From positions 672,001-736,000 of the forward strand of contig CAVTBU010000007.1 in the NCBI GenBank assembly GCA_963733035.1: a stretch of 64,000 bases of DNA. The letters are read 5' to 3'. Made by a program: the position numbers and the translations under genes. The notes beneath the pieces were generated by a model that saw nothing but the letters and a program-made list of their open reading frames with translations, was not told the origin of the DNA and did no database searches. How positions within the stretch are numbered: the stretch's first letter is position 1; every line of letters begins with the position of its first letter. Positions 1-11,659 of this stretch are shown one piece after another. Source of the stretch: Pirellulales bacterium. Lineage in GTDB: Bacteria; Planctomycetota; Planctomycetia; Pirellulales; PALSA-1355.

Positions 1-430
1 TCGGACGGCCGAACTGTATCGCAAGCTGGGCATTGCTGCGAAGGTGGCGCCATTCCTTGAGGAACTGCCGCAACTAATGCGTGAAAGCCAACTGGCAATC
101 TGCCGCGCTGGCGGAACAACACTGGCTGAACTTGCCGCCAGTGGACTGCCGGCGATCGTACTCCCCTACCCTGCGGCCAAGGACGATCATCAGCGCAAAA
201 ACGCCGACGTGTTCGCCGCGGCCGGCGGTTGCCGGATTCTCGACGAGCGCGACGTGCAAGGTCGTCTCGACAACCGACTCGCGCAATTGACAATCGAACT
301 GGCAAGCGACCATCGTCAGCGCGTGCGCATGGCCCAGGCCATCGCGGCACTCGCCCGACCGCACGCGACACGTCGCGTTGCCCGCTGGATCGCGGCCTTG
401 CTACAAGCACGACAACTGACCGCCGCATAG
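1..430 (+). CDS. murG: UDP-GlcNAc:lipid I N-acetylglucosaminyltransferase, C-terminal part (5' end outside window)
   Basis: Motifs CRAGGTTLAEL...GLPAIVLPYP...DDHQRKNA of the GT28 C-terminal domain; directly upstream of murC-murB-ddl. Confidence 0.93.
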   Translation, partial: RTAELYRKLGIAAKVAPFLEELPQLMRESQLAICRAGGTTLAELAASGLPAIVLPYPAAKDDHQRKNADVFAAAGGCRILDERDVQGRLDNRLAQLTIELASDHRQRVRMAQAIAALARPHATRRVARWIAALLQARQLTAA

Positions 431-564
431 TTGCAGCCAAGGAGCGGAGATTCGCAGCGCTGTCAACGAAGCCGACGTCGTTTCTGCAAGGCGCCATTGG
501 TTTGCTGATCGCGGAGCCGCTAAAGTGGCGGCGATCCAGCACCAGCATGCTAGCATTCCTTGCA

Positions 565-594
565 TTGACATACTTCGCCCCTGGCTCGTATCAT
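565..594 (+). promoter_or_regulatory. sigma-70-like promoter upstream of murC
   Basis: TTGACA-N18-TATCAT in the murG-murC gap. Confidence 0.55.
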
Positions 595-634
595 CCCGCG
601 CGGCTTGCACACATTCGGGCTACCAGGGATGGGG

Positions 635-2067
635 ATGACTTCGACGAATACTTCCTGCCACGAGCGGCTGATCGGAACCCGCGCGGAAGGCCGAACGCTG
701 AAGCTGCGCACCTGGTGGGTATTGCCGGCGCCGGCATGCGGTCGTTGGCCGACATGCTCGACGAGGCTGGATGGCACGTGAGTGGATCCGATCTGGCCGG
801 AGAGTCACTGGTCGGCACGCCGTTTGACGTGTGGCCGACTCACGACGCGGCGCATATCGACGAATCGATCGACGTGGTCATCCACAGTGACGCGGTGCCT
901 CGGTCGAACCCCGAGCTGAACCGTGCCCGGCAACTTGGCATACGCTTGCTGAGCTATCCGCAAATGCTGGGTTGGCTAATGCAATCGCGCCAAGGCGTTG
1001 CGGTGGCTGGCACGCACGGCAAGAGCACGACCACCGCCATGGTTGGGTCCATTCTGACGGCGTCCGGAGATGATCCGGCAGTGATCGTCGGCGCGGCGCC
1101 AATCGGAGCCACATCCGGCGGACGCTTTGGCGGCAGTCGCTGGTTGGTGGTTGAAGCCTGCGAATATCGGAGTAACTTTCATCATCTCCATCCCGAGTTG
1201 GCGGCCATCTTGAACGTAGAGGCAGATCATTTCGATTGCTTTGCCACGCAAGCGGACTTGGAACACGCTTTTTGGCAATTCGCGCGAAACGTACCGCCGG
1301 AGGGAACAATGGTGGCGCGACACGATTGCTCCGCAACCATGCGGATCGTGGCCGAATTGAGTTGCCAAGTCGAAACCTTCGGCTGCACCGCCGCGGCCAC
1401 CTGGAGGGCGAGCGAGTTGGGCGAGCGGCGAGGTTACTATTCCTTTCGCCTTCGTTATCGCGATCTGCATGTTTGTGACGTGAAATTGCCAGTGCCGGGA
1501 GTTCACAACGTAATGAACGCGGTCGCGGCTGCCGCCCTGGCGAGCCATTGCGGAGCCGACGCTCAGGCGATTCGGGCAGGCCTGGAGAGTTTCATCGGCT
1601 TGCGGCGTCGGTTGCAATTGTTGGGCGAGGTGCGGGACATCGTCCTCGTCGACGACTACGCCCACCACCCGACCGAAGTGGCGGCATCCTTGACAACCTT
1701 GCGACAGATGTATCCTGGCCGCAGGCTCGTCTGCGTGTTTCAACCGCACCAGGCATCTCGCCTGGCAAGACTGCTGGACGGGTTCGCCCGGAGTTTGCAC
1801 AATGCCGATATGGTGATCGTGACCGACGTGTTTACCGCGCGCGAATCGGCGGATGGCGGCTCGGCAGTCACATCCCGGGAATTGCGTGAACGGCTGGTGG
1901 CGGCGGGCCGAGAGGCTCTGCACCTGCCCGGCGCCGGCCTTATTCAGAACCACTTGCGGCAATCGCTCCGGCCAGGTGACGTGCTAGTGACCATGGGGGC
2001 CGGAGATATCGGAACGGTAGCGCATGAGCTTGGCAAAGGGCTTCGAACATTTCGTAAAGCAGGCTGA
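635..2067 (+). CDS. murC: UDP-N-acetylmuramate--L-alanine ligase (probable 1-nt frameshift near 705)
   Basis: HLVGIAGAGM, GTHGKSTTT, DDYAHHPTE and FQPH motifs. The best start, ATG at 635 (MTSTNTSC...), is in a different frame from the body; the frames join at aagctgcgcac. Confidence 0.9.
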
Positions 2068-2902
2068 ACCGCTTGCGCCGCATACATGGTTTCACCTGGG
2101 TGGTCCGGCCGAACTTTTTGCCGAGCCCGAAACGGTGGAGGACTTGCGGGGCATCGTGCGCCGTGCCCGCGAGGAAAATACGCCGGTGCGCCTGCTGGGT
2201 GGCGGTTCGAATATTCTCGTGCGCGACGAAGGCGTGTCCGGACTCGTGATCCGGCTGTCGGCGCCCGTGTTCAATGAAATCGCGGTTTCCAACCGAACCG
2301 TCACGGTCGGTGGCGGCGCGAAACTCGGGCACGCGATTGCCACGTCGGTACGCGAAGGGCTCGCGGGACTCGAAACGCTCGTCGGCATTCCCGGCACAAT
2401 CGGTGGCGCGTTGCACGGCAACGCAGGGAGCCGAGGCGGCGACATCGGCCAATGGACCTGCCAGGCCACCGTCATGACGCGGGCCGGCGAGATCCACACC
2501 CGCTCGGGCGAGGAATTGGTATTCGCCTATCGAGAAAGCTCGCTGGATGAACTCGTGATTCTGGGAGCCAAATTCGAACTTGAACAGGAAGATCCCGAGG
2601 AACTGACCAAGCGGATGCAGAAACAGTGGATCATCAAGAAGGCCGGCCAACCGCTTGGGCATCAGAGTGCGGGTTGCATCTTCAAGAATCCCCGCGGCAT
2701 GAGTGCCGGAATGCTGATCGAACAAGCCGGTCTGAAAAATACTCGCATGGGCGGGGCTGAAGTCAGCCAGCGGCACGCGAATTTTATCGTCGCAAACGAG
2801 GGAGCTACCAGCGCGGACGTACTCCAGCTGATCGATCTGGTGCGCGAGCGGGTACAAGAGCGTCTGGGCATCACGCTCGAAACGGAAATCGAGGTTTGGT
2901 GA
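2024..2902 (+). CDS. murB: UDP-N-acetylenolpyruvoylglucosamine reductase
   Basis: LGGGSNIL, GIPGTIGGAL.GNAG, SAGCIFKNP and HANFI motifs. Confidence 0.96.
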   Translation: MSLAKGFEHFVKQAEPLAPHTWFHLGGPAELFAEPETVEDLRGIVRRAREENTPVRLLGGGSNILVRDEGVSGLVIRLSAPVFNEIAVSNRTVTVGGGAKLGHAIATSVREGLAGLETLVGIPGTIGGALHGNAGSRGGDIGQWTCQATVMTRAGEIHTRSGEELVFAYRESSLDELVILGAKFELEQEDPEELTKRMQKQWIIKKAGQPLGHQSAGCIFKNPRGMSAGMLIEQAGLKNTRMGGAEVSQRHANFIVANEGATSADVLQLIDLVRERVQERLGITLETEIEVW

Positions 2903-2977
2903 AAAAAGGGGGAACCGTGCCGATTCACGTGAGAGCCGGCGTGGGTTCCTTGTTCGAGGTCAGGAGGACCTGCCAGG

Positions 2978-3922
2978 ATGATGCTCAATCAGCAGGAGCA
3001 GTTGCGCGTTGCGGTGCTTGCCGGCGGAGAATCCGCCGAGCGAATCGTGAGCCAGCGTAGTGGATTGGGGGTTGCTGCCGCACTTGTGGACGGCGGTCAT
3101 CAGGCCGCGCTCATCGATCCGGCGGAGGTGTCTCTCGACGCGGTCGATTGGTCCGCCTACGACGCATGCTTCATCGCGCTGCATGGAGGCGCCGGCGAGG
3201 ACGGACGCGTACAGGAGGAGCTCGCGCGGTTGGGCGTGCCGTTTACCGGCAGCGGACCGGAGGCTTGCCACTTGGCGATGAGTAAGCGGGCGAGCAAATT
3301 GAGGTGCCTTGGCCGCGGAGTGCCGACGCCGCCTCACGTTTTCATCGATGCGGACGATAAACTGGCTGACGTCGCTCGTCGCGTTGCGACGCTTGGCTAT
3401 CCGCTGATCCTCAAGCCGGACGATCAGGGATCCAGCGTTGGTGTGGCGATTGCCGCCGATACGGCCGATCTGCCGCGGGCGCTTGCAGAGGCGCGCACGT
3501 ATGGCGGAGCCTGCCTGGCCGAACCGTTCATTTGCGGCCGCGAGTTTACGGTGGCCATGCTCGACGATACGCCGTTGCCGCTCATTGAAATCGTCAAACC
3601 TGAGCAGTTGTTTTCCTATGACGCCAAGTACCACAGCTCACTTACGGAATACCGATTTGAGTTTTCCTTGGCCGATCCGGTGCGCCAGAGAATTGAACGT
3701 GCGGCTGTCGGCGCGGCGCGGGCCATCGGTACGCAAGGGCTCTCGCGGGTCGATCTGATGGTGGGGCAGGACGACGACGTATGGGTGCTGGAGATCAATA
3801 CGATTCCGGGAATGACCGTTCGCAGCCTGGCACCGTTGGCGGCTGGCAGGGCAGGAATCGACATGCCTGAGTTGTGCCAGTTGCTTGTGCGACGTTGCTT
3901 GGCTTCGGTGGGTGCTCTGTGA
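2978..3922 (+). CDS. ddl: D-alanine--D-alanine ligase
   Basis: GGESAER, ALHGGAGEDG, GSSVG, YDAKY and EINTIPGMT motifs. Confidence 0.96.
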   Translation: MMLNQQEQLRVAVLAGGESAERIVSQRSGLGVAAALVDGGHQAALIDPAEVSLDAVDWSAYDACFIALHGGAGEDGRVQEELARLGVPFTGSGPEACHLAMSKRASKLRCLGRGVPTPPHVFIDADDKLADVARRVATLGYPLILKPDDQGSSVGVAIAADTADLPRALAEARTYGGACLAEPFICGREFTVAMLDDTPLPLIEIVKPEQLFSYDAKYHSSLTEYRFEFSLADPVRQRIERAAVGAARAIGTQGLSRVDLMVGQDDDVWVLEINTIPGMTVRSLAPLAAGRAGIDMPELCQLLVRRCLASVGAL

Positions 3923-4922
3923 GTGCAAAGAAACGACTCGGCGACGACAATAGTGCACCGGGCGCTCGCCGCGGACTGCGCTTGATCATCGTTGCGGCAA
4001 TTCTGGTGCTCGCTGTTGGCGGTACGTGCCTGGCCGTTTGGCATCACGTCAGTGCGCACGTCTTGGGGGGCGAGCAATATCAGGTACACTCCGAACACAT
4101 TTCCATTTCACCCACTCCGGAATGGATTCGGCCTGATGAGGGGAGCGAAAAATCCGAAGATCGCATCAAGACAGAAGTGCTGCGCGATCTGACCCGATCC
4201 GGACCGCTGTCACTCTTGGATACCGACCTGACGGTACGCTTGGCCGAGGCGTTTTCGTCGCATCCGTGGATCGCGAGGGTCGATCGGGTGAGCAAACGCT
4301 TTCCGTCCGGCGTCGAGGTATCGGTCGCCTATCGCGTGCCGGTGGCAATGGTCGAAGTCCACGACGGATCCGGCGTCTTGCCAGTCGACGAGCAAGCGGT
4401 TCTGTTGCCCACACGCGATTTTTCGGTCGATGAGGCCGAACGTTACCCGCGAATCGCCGAGATCTATTCTGCGCCGCCCGACGTCGTGGGCAAACGTTGG
4501 GGGGATGCGGCGGTGCTCGGAGGCGCGCAAATCGCCGCGGCGCTCGGTTCCGACTGGCAGCAGCTCGGGCTAGCGCGCATTGTGCCTGTCGAACGAAAGC
4601 CAGCCCGCAGCGGCTTTGAATACACTTACCGCTTGTTCACGCATTCGGGAACGACGGTCGATTGGGCGGCGCCCCGGGTACCGATCTGCCGGGCGAGATT
4701 CCGGCAGCGGAAAAGATCGCCCAACTCAAGCGGTATCTCATTCAGAAGGGTGGCACCCTCGATGGCCAGGACGGCCCTCAAGCCATTGTGATCGATCAGC
4801 AGGGCGCGCTGTTGCGAAAAGAGCGTCCGGAAGTTGCGCCCTTGCCCCCCACTTCCAACTCGCGGTTGCGGTCGGCCAGCGATCGTTCAGCCGGCGCCGA
4901 GGACGAGCTCGAACCCGACTGA
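3919..4922 (+). CDS. ftsQ: FtsQ/DivIB-like cell division protein (frameshift near 4665)
   Basis: GTG start overlaps the ddl stop; single N-terminal TM, POTRA-like HPWIARVDRVSKRFP..V.V.V.YR.PVA; dcw position. The C-terminus continues in ORF 4662..4922 (APG...GEIPAAEKIAQL). Confidence 0.75.
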
Positions 4923-4966
4923 GATGCTTTCTCATTCAAGAACCGGGTCGTCGGCAAATATTTCGC

Positions 4967-6364
4967 CTATGGGCCAACCTTCGCGATGGCCGCTACCCAG
5001 CCCCCGCTCGCCGGCGCGGCGATGCGAGCTTTTTCGTTGCCCGCCTGTGTTTGTTCGGCCCCCCAGTCGCCGGTGGAGATATTGATCCATCGCAGCTGAA
5101 ACTGCCCAGCGTGTCCCTGCAGATCGAGTGTCACATCGCCCCCATCAGGGAAGTACAACGCGTAGTCCCGGCCAGGCGAGGCTGCCAGGTACGCTTCGTT
5201 GTTGCCCCGCTCACCCAGCAAATCGAGAGTCGGCGATAGATCCCAGAGCTTGACGATCGATTCCAGCTTGCGTGCGGCCGCGATCGATGCGACTGCCGGG
5301 GGCGAAAGTCCCAGTCCAGAATCAGGACGATGAAAACGGGCAGACGCGGCCCCACCGATCACGCTTCTCCAGAATCGCTCGACGCCGTCGCGCGTGGTTC
5401 CGAATCGCCCTCCGTCAGCGCCGTACGTCTTGACGGTATTCAAGGGACGGGGATGATCGGCCACATACTGGCGAACCCATTGGAAATTGTCCCAGTGGGC
5501 CTGACCCTTTTGATGGTTGTTTTGCGAAACATCGCAAAAGTCGTATTGATCGGGATGGTCAAACGTGCGGCGATGTCGCGGCGCCCGCAAGTTCCAGTCG
5601 TCCCACATTTCGGTGACGTAGATCCGTTTGCCGCGGTCGGCGGCGTGGCGGTGAAGATAGTCTGCCCAGTACGCTCCCCAAGCTTCCTCCGCGCCCGTTT
5701 CGTTGTCCATGCAATACAGCACGTGGTCGAACTTGAGCGTGTGCTCGAGCATCTTGTCGACAAACCGCTGCTGGTATCCGAGCAACAATTCGTTGTTGCG
5801 CTGTTTGGGGGTAGTGAAGAACAGTGGCTGGCGATTGCTGCCTGGATGATCCGGATAATCGAAGGCCAACCCGGACGACTCCCGGGTGTAATTGACATTG
5901 TTCCGCGGGTTGAATGGGTGCAGCGCCCAGTTCTTGGCGAAGAAGTCAAAGCGATCCCAGACTTCGATTTGCACGATGATCTGGCGCTCTTGAGTCCAAC
6001 GCAGCATCCGGGCCAGCCGTTGCCAGTACTCATCATTCCAGCGTTCGAGATCGTATTTGCCATCGGCATTCTTGGCGTATGCGTAAACCTCAGAGCCACG
6101 GTCGGGCCGATCGCTCATCGTATTGCGAATGTAGTTGCCACCGGCTTTACGAATTGCATCGAGGTGCTCTTTGAGTTCGGGCAGTTGAAACAGATTGTCG
6201 TCGTCGCTGCCACCCAGCAACAACACCGGCTGGCCGTGATACTGCCAGTAGCGCGGGTTCTTCGCATAAGGGGTGATGCCATCGGCTGAGTCGGCCGCGT
6301 TTGCGACTGCGCAACAAGATGCACCTAGCAAAATGACAGCAAACTGAATCGACGACGCTTTCAT
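4967..6364 (-). CDS. Secreted glycoside-hydrolase-like TIM-barrel protein with C-terminal putative collagen-binding domain (DUF6298-like)
   Basis: Signal peptide; [17 protein letters not shown]-terminus; MDNE acid/base-like motif; C-terminal [13 protein letters not shown]...[10 protein letters not shown] beta domain. Confidence 0.65.
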   Translation of the reverse strand: MKASSIQFAVILLGASCCAVANAADSADGITPYAKNPRYWQYHGQPVLLLGGSDDDNLFQLPELKEHLDAIRKAGGNYIRNTMSDRPDRGSEVYAYAKNADGKYDLERWNDEYWQRLARMLRWTQERQIIVQIEVWDRFDFFAKNWALHPFNPRNNVNYTRESSGLAFDYPDHPGSNRQPLFFTTPKQRNNELLLGYQQRFVDKMLEHTLKFDHVLYCMDNETGAEEAWGAYWADYLHRHAADRGKRIYVTEMWDDWNLRAPRHRRTFDHPDQYDFCDVSQNNHQKGQAHWDNFQWVRQYVADHPRPLNTVKTYGADGGRFGTTRDGVERFWRSVIGGAASARFHRPDSGLGLSPPAVASIAAARKLESIVKLWDLSPTLDLLGERGNNEAYLAASPGRDYALYFPDGGDVTLDLQGHAGQFQLRWINISTGDWGAEQTQAGNEKARIAAPASGGWVAAIAKVGP

Positions 6365-6825
6365 GGTTTGGCACCGTCTTTCGTGTCTCGCTGGTGGTTT
6401 ACACTTTCAGCCGATGCAAGCGTGAGGCAATAGTCAACAAAGCCGAGTGACCGCCAAAAGGCAATCGCCGGGGTGTTGCCAACGAGCACGTCCACGCGGA
6501 GCCGGAAGTGGCCGCAAAAGAACTCGTCCGACAAGCGAGCCATCGCGTCGCGGCCGATTCCTTCGCGGCGCCGCTCTTTGCGAACGAAAAAATGGCGCAA
6601 ATACACATACTCTGGCTCACGGCGAAAGAGCGCATAGCCAACCGCGCTCGATTTGTCCTCAAACACGACGGCCCAATATTCTCCGGCCAGCCACTGGCGC
6701 ATGCGGGCCGTTAATTCGTCGAGCGTCATGGCGTTTCGGTGACCCTCGTCACGGATGAGTTGTTCGTTCATCTCGGCGAGTGTCAGAGCGTCCTCAGCGC
6801 GAGCCAAGCGATATCGCATCGGCAT
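6361..6825 (-). CDS. GNAT family N-acetyltransferase
   Basis: [14 protein letters not shown] acetyl-CoA motif [13 protein letters not shown] motif B. Confidence 0.85.
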   Translation of the reverse strand: MPMRYRLARAEDALTLAEMNEQLIRDEGHRNAMTLDELTARMRQWLAGEYWAVVFEDKSSAVGYALFRREPEYVYLRHFFVRKERRREGIGRDAMARLSDEFFCGHFRLRVDVLVGNTPAIAFWRSLGFVDYCLTLASAESVNHQRDTKDGAKP

Positions 6826-6830
6826 CCCGA

Positions 6831-8020
6831 CTAGTTTTGGCGGTAAATGGCCGTGGCGGCGGCAATTGATGCGCCGTGGTCGAATTTGTGCTTTTGTTCG
6901 GCCAGCAACTGCTCGAGCGCCGAGAGCAACACGAATACGTTGTTGGGTCGCGATCCGTATCCCATCAAACCAATTCGCCACACCTTGCCTTTGAAGTCTC
7001 CCAGCCCACCGCCGATTTCAATGCCGAAGCGATTGAGCAGTGCTCCGCGCACGGTTGCATCGTCGACGCCAGTGGGAATCCGCACGGCATTGAGCATCGG
7101 CAATTGGTGACCTTCGGCCGCGGCATACTCCATTCCCAGTGCGGCCAGGCCTGCCTTGAGCGCCCGGTGATTGAGCATGTGGCGCGAGAAACAGGCTTCG
7201 AGGCCTTCCTCGTGAATCAATTGCAGGGCCTCGTACAGGGCGTAGGTCATATTGATGGGGGCCGTGTGATGGTAGACCCTTTCAGAACCCCAGTACTTTG
7301 CCAGCATCGTCAGGTCGAGATACCAACTCTGAACTTTCGATTTGCGCCCCAGCACAACATCCATCGCCCGCGAGTTGAACGACGCGGCGCAAGCCCCGGG
7401 GGGCAGCTCAGGCACTTTTGGGTGCCGGAGTAAATGATGTCAATATCCCAGTCGTCCACTTCCACCGGCACACCCCCCAGCGAGGTGACGGCGTCCACGA
7501 GCAGCATCGCTCCGGCATCGTGTACCAGCTTGGAAATCTCTTCGATTGGCTGCCAGGCACCGGTTGAGGTCTCGGCCATCACGATGCCGACGACTTTGGG
7601 CTTGGCTTTGGCCAGGGCGTCCTTCAGATCGGCGGGTGAAAAAACTTCGCCCCAGGGCCTGTCAACTCTGGTGACGTTGGCGCCGGCACGCGCCGCGACA
7701 TCGACCATACGTCCTCCGAATACGCCATTCACGCAAATGACCATCGAATCACCCGGCTCGATGACATTGACGACGGCCGCTTCCATGCCGGCCGAGCCTG
7801 TGCCACTGATGGCGAGCGTCATTTCATTCTTGGTGCGAAATACCCCCTGCATCATCACCCGCATCTGGTTCATCAACTCGAGATAGTACGGATCGAGATG
7901 GCCGACGGTCGGCTTGCCGATCGCCTGCAGCACGCGGGGATGAATGTCGCTGGGACCGGGGCCCATCAGAATGCGAACGGGGGGGTTGAGCACCGGGGCA
8001 GTTTTGGCGGAAGAGTTCAT
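6831..8020 (-). CDS. Alanine--glyoxylate/serine--pyruvate aminotransferase, class V PLP (frameshift near 7386)
   Basis: LMGPGPS, VDAVTSLGG and YSGTQKCL(S)CPPGL in ORF 7310..8170; continues as SFNSRAM...YHHTAP...WRIGLMG in ORF 6831..7415. Confidence 0.9.
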
Positions 8021-8094
8021 CGCGAGTTCCGTTGGGCAGGTTCCGTTTGGCGTGGAGTGGGGTAGCGTCGTGCAAGTCCACCGGATGAGAGCGG

Positions 8095-8682
8095 TTACTC
8101 TTGCGGCGGTTGCTCTCGCACGAGGGCACTGATTTTTTTGAACGTGGGCGTGCCAGACAGCTGGCACCATTCGAATAGGGCCGACTCGGTGGTCGTGAGC
8201 GTGGCCCCTGAAGACTCCATGCGGCGAAGTCCGGTTTCGTAGTCGATTTCGTACCGCGAACCGATCGCGTCGACGGGCACATAGACGCGGTAGCCCGCCG
8301 CCAGGAGGTCGAGCACGGTTTGTTGCACGCAGACGTGGGCTTCGATGCCGGCCACGAGCACTTTGCTCGCGCCGGACGCTTGCAGCTTGCCGAAGAACGG
8401 TTCACAGCCGGCACAACTAAACGCCGCCTTACTTGGGACTTCGCCCAAGCGGGCTGCCAGTTCGGGTACGGTTGGCCCCAGGCCTTGGGGGTATTGTTCG
8501 GTGGCCAAAACCTTGACGCCAGTCGCCTCGGCCCCGTCGAGCAGGCGGCGTAAGTTCCACAAGATGCGGTTCTGGCCACGAATGAGGGGCATCAACTTTA
8601 CCTGGACGTCGACGATCGTGAGAACCGTGTCCTCGGCCGACATCAACTCCGGGCTACGGCTGTAGGGATTCGTCGTGCTCAT
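8095..8682 (-). CDS. Isochorismatase-family hydrolase (YcaC/ISOC-like)
   Basis: IVDVQ, TEQYPQGLGPT, K.AFSC and GIEAHVCVQQT motifs. Confidence 0.9.
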   Translation of the reverse strand: MSTTNPYSRSPELMSAEDTVLTIVDVQVKLMPLIRGQNRILWNLRRLLDGAEATGVKVLATEQYPQGLGPTVPELAARLGEVPSKAAFSCAGCEPFFGKLQASGASKVLVAGIEAHVCVQQTVLDLLAAGYRVYVPVDAIGSRYEIDYETGLRRMESSGATLTTTESALFEWCQLSGTPTFKKISALVREQPPQE

Positions 8683-8812
8683 GGCGTTTGAGCATAGCGG
8701 AAAACGACGTGGGGGACTATTGGCCCGGTGCGCGTTGTCGCACAGAGTTTCCGGTCGGGAATTCGTCCCCCAGGCCGGCCATCAACATATGCACAAACTC
8801 CGATAAATCTGC

Positions 8813-8841
8813 TTGCAAGTTCTTAATATGCTTGGGATAAT
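8813..8841 (+). promoter_or_regulatory. sigma-70-like promoter for the DUF1549/WD40 pair
   Basis: TTGCAA-N17-GATAAT in an AT-rich intergenic stretch. Confidence 0.45.
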
Positions 8842-8920
8842 CACGTGCAGCCGCGAAGGACCCCGCGGCTCCCCGCGAACCTCCCTCCCGAATTGCACCC
8901 CTACCTCGAGGAGATGCATC

Positions 8921-11434
8921 ATGACGAGTCGGATTGCTCGGCTTGCTGCCATCACACTGACGCTTACCGCCTGGTCGATCGCTCCAACTTTCGCGAACAC
9001 GCCCGATCCGGCCGCCCAGACGCAGAAGACTCCCGGTCTCGGCGATCCAGGGCAACTCAGCGAGGTTTCCATCGAGAGTGGCCAGACCGTCGACGGGGTG
9101 TTCACGCTCAACGGTCAGGACGCCCGCCAGCAACTTGTCGTAACGGGAAAATACAGCACAGGCCAGCTCCGCGATCTGACCAGCCAAGTCAGCTACCAGA
9201 CGCAGCCCGAAGGCATCGTCAGCATCAGTCCTTCGGGCTACGTGATTCCGCGGGGCGACGGTACGGCCACGATTACGGCCCAGATTGCAGACGGCCCGGC
9301 CGGCTCGACCCAAGTGACCGTCGCTCACTTTGGCAACGATCCGCTCGTGAATTTCCCGAATCAGATTGTGCCGATCTTCACCAAGCTCGGCTGCAACAGT
9401 GGCGGCTGTCACGGTAAGGCCAGCGGGCAAAACGGCTTCAAGTTGTCGCTATTGGGCTTCGAACCTACGGAAGACTACGAACACCTGGTAAAGGAAGGTC
9501 GCGGTCGCCGATTGTTTCCGGCATCGCCGGATAAGAGCCTGCTGTTGCTCAAGCCGATCGGCGTCGTACCCCACGGCGGCGGCACGCGTATGGAAGTCGA
9601 TACGCATTCCTACCGCTTGATGCGTCGCTGGATCATGCAGGGCATGCCCTACGGCAAGGATTCCGATCCGACCGTGGCCCGGATCGAAGTCTTTCCCAAG
9701 GAGCGGACGATGCCGCAAGGGGGTGAGCAGCAGTTACTTGTGATTGCTCACTACACGGACGGCTCGACCGAGGATGTCACCAGCACGGTAAAATTCGAAC
9801 CGAATAATCCGGAGATGGCCGAAGTCAGCGTGACTGGGCTGGTCAAAACTCTCGACCTTGCCGGTGACGTCGCGATCATGGCCCGCTATCAGGGACAAGT
9901 GGCGGTGTTCCGTGCCACGGTGCCGCTGGGAGTGCCCGTGGAAACGACGCCCACGCCCAAGAACTTCATCGACGAGCTCGTATTCGCCAAGCTGACGACG
10001 TTGGGTGTTCCGCCGTCGGGCAGATGCGACGATGCGACTTTTGTTCGTCGTGTCGCGGTAGACATTGCCGGCCGCTTGCCGACGCCAGAAGAGACCGAAA
10101 AGTTCCTGGCCGATCAGAGCCCGGACAAGCGTGAGCGCTGGATCGATACTCTGTTGGCCAGCACCGACTATGCGGACTTTTTTGCCAACAAGTGGAGCGC
10201 GATCCTGCGGAACAAGCGGCGCGATCAGACCTACGCTCGCGGCACGCGAATTTTCCACGACTGGATTCGCGACAGCCTGCACGAGAACGTCTCGTACGAC
10301 CAGTTCGTTCGGCAATTGTTGACCGCCAGCGGCGAAATCGGTCACAATCCACCGGTGGCCTGGTATCGCGAGGTCGACGACATCAACGAACAGGTCGAGG
10401 ACTCGGCGCAATTGTTCCTTGGGCTGCGGATCCAATGTGCCCGCTGTCATCACCATCCGTTCGAAAAGTGGAGCCAACAGGACTACTACGGCTTCGCGGC
10501 GTTCTTTTCGCGGATCGGGCGCAAGCCGGGTGCGCAATTTGGCGAAGAACGCGTCGTCTATAACCGCGGAACTCCCGCCGCCAAAAATCCCAAGACCGGC
10601 CAGAATGTGGCCGCGGCCGGATTGGGAGCGAAGCCCGCCGAAGTTTCGCTGGAAGACGATCCTCGCCAGGCCCTGGTCGATTGGATGGTCGAAAAGGACA
10701 ATCCATTCTTTGCGCCAGCCCTGGTAAACCGTTACTGGAAGCACTTCTTCAGTCGCGGTTTGGTGGATCCGGAAGACGATATGCGGGTCACGAACCCGGC
10801 GACGAATCAGGCGCTGCTCGAAGCGCTGTCGAAGCACTTCATCGAGAGTGGCTTTGATTTGAAGGACCTCGTGCGGACGATTTGTAATTCGCAGACATAT
10901 CAATTGTCGTCACTGCCCAACGACTACAACGCCGGCGATAAGCAGAACTACTCGCGCTATTATCCGAAGCGCTTGCCGGCCGAAGTGTTGCTGGATGCCA
11001 TCGACGCGGTGACCGAGTCGAAAACGAATTTCGGGGGTGTGCCCCAGAGCGTCAAAGCGGTGCAACTGCCGGATACCGGCTTCAATTCGTATTTCTTGAC
11101 TGTCTTCGGGAAGCCCGAGAATTCGAGCGCCTGCGAGTGCGAGCGATCAAGCGAAGCGAACCTCGCCCAAAGCCTGCACCTGCTCAATAGCTCGGAGGTT
11201 CAGGGGAAGCTGTCGGCCGGTGGCGGCCGGGCCGCGCTGTTGGCCGGTCAGAAGGATCGGTCGCGCGAAGATAAGGTCCGCGAAATCTACTTGCGGGTTT
11301 ACTCGCGAGAGCCGCAGGCCGATGAGATGGCCGTGGCGCTGGCGCACCTGGAAAAATCGAAGGACGAAAAGTTGGCCTTCGAGGACATTCTATGGGCCCT
11401 GGTGAACACGAAAGAGTTTTTGTTCAACCACTAG
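8921..11434 (+). CDS. Secreted DUF1549/DUF1553 (PSCyt2/PSD1) protein with two Ig-like (Big_2) domains
   Basis: Signal peptide; two Ig-like repeats (QQL.V.G.YS.G..RD.T); CNSGGCHG; NFIDELVFAKL...FVRRV.VD..GRLP; QCARCHHHPF; NPFFA...VNRYWKHFF.RGLVDP.DD; C-terminal LWALVNTKEFLFNH. Confidence 0.88.
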   Translation: MTSRIARLAAITLTLTAWSIAPTFANTPDPAAQTQKTPGLGDPGQLSEVSIESGQTVDGVFTLNGQDARQQLVVTGKYSTGQLRDLTSQVSYQTQPEGIVSISPSGYVIPRGDGTATITAQIADGPAGSTQVTVAHFGNDPLVNFPNQIVPIFTKLGCNSGGCHGKASGQNGFKLSLLGFEPTEDYEHLVKEGRGRRLFPASPDKSLLLLKPIGVVPHGGGTRMEVDTHSYRLMRRWIMQGMPYGKDSDPTVARIEVFPKERTMPQGGEQQLLVIAHYTDGSTEDVTSTVKFEPNNPEMAEVSVTGLVKTLDLAGDVAIMARYQGQVAVFRATVPLGVPVETTPTPKNFIDELVFAKLTTLGVPPSGRCDDATFVRRVAVDIAGRLPTPEETEKFLADQSPDKRERWIDTLLASTDYADFFANKWSAILRNKRRDQTYARGTRIFHDWIRDSLHENVSYDQFVRQLLTASGEIGHNPPVAWYREVDDINEQVEDSAQLFLGLRIQCARCHHHPFEKWSQQDYYGFAAFFSRIGRKPGAQFGEERVVYNRGTPAAKNPKTGQNVAAAGLGAKPAEVSLEDDPRQALVDWMVEKDNPFFAPALVNRYWKHFFSRGLVDPEDDMRVTNPATNQALLEALSKHFIESGFDLKDLVRTICNSQTYQLSSLPNDYNAGDKQNYSRYYPKRLPAEVLLDAIDAVTESKTNFGGVPQSVKAVQLPDTGFNSYFLTVFGKPENSSACECERSSEANLAQSLHLLNSSEVQGKLSAGGGRAALLAGQKDRSREDKVREIYLRVYSREPQADEMAVALAHLEKSKDEKLAFEDILWALVNTKEFLFNH

Positions 11435-11659
11435 ACGGTCGCGATGGGAGCCGGCGCGTCCGGAGTGGACGAAAGACCGGCCTCTCCGCGCGATCCTGCT
11501 GAAATCCGGCTACTTAGATTCCCACCCGACGTTATTCGTAACTATGATGGAACCGGACGCCTGACCGGTCTTGCCGGCTGGGCATTCGCTACCGATTTCG
11601 CGGCGAGTTCTCACCGGGAGCTGGCCGTCACGCCAACCATCCTGCCCAGGTAACCAGTT

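Noticed and set aside
229..634. Long N-terminal extension of MurC in the 612-aa ORF
   Set aside because: It overlaps murG and a TTGACA/TATCAT promoter and has non-protein-like composition. A start at 635 plus a 1-nt indel explains it better.
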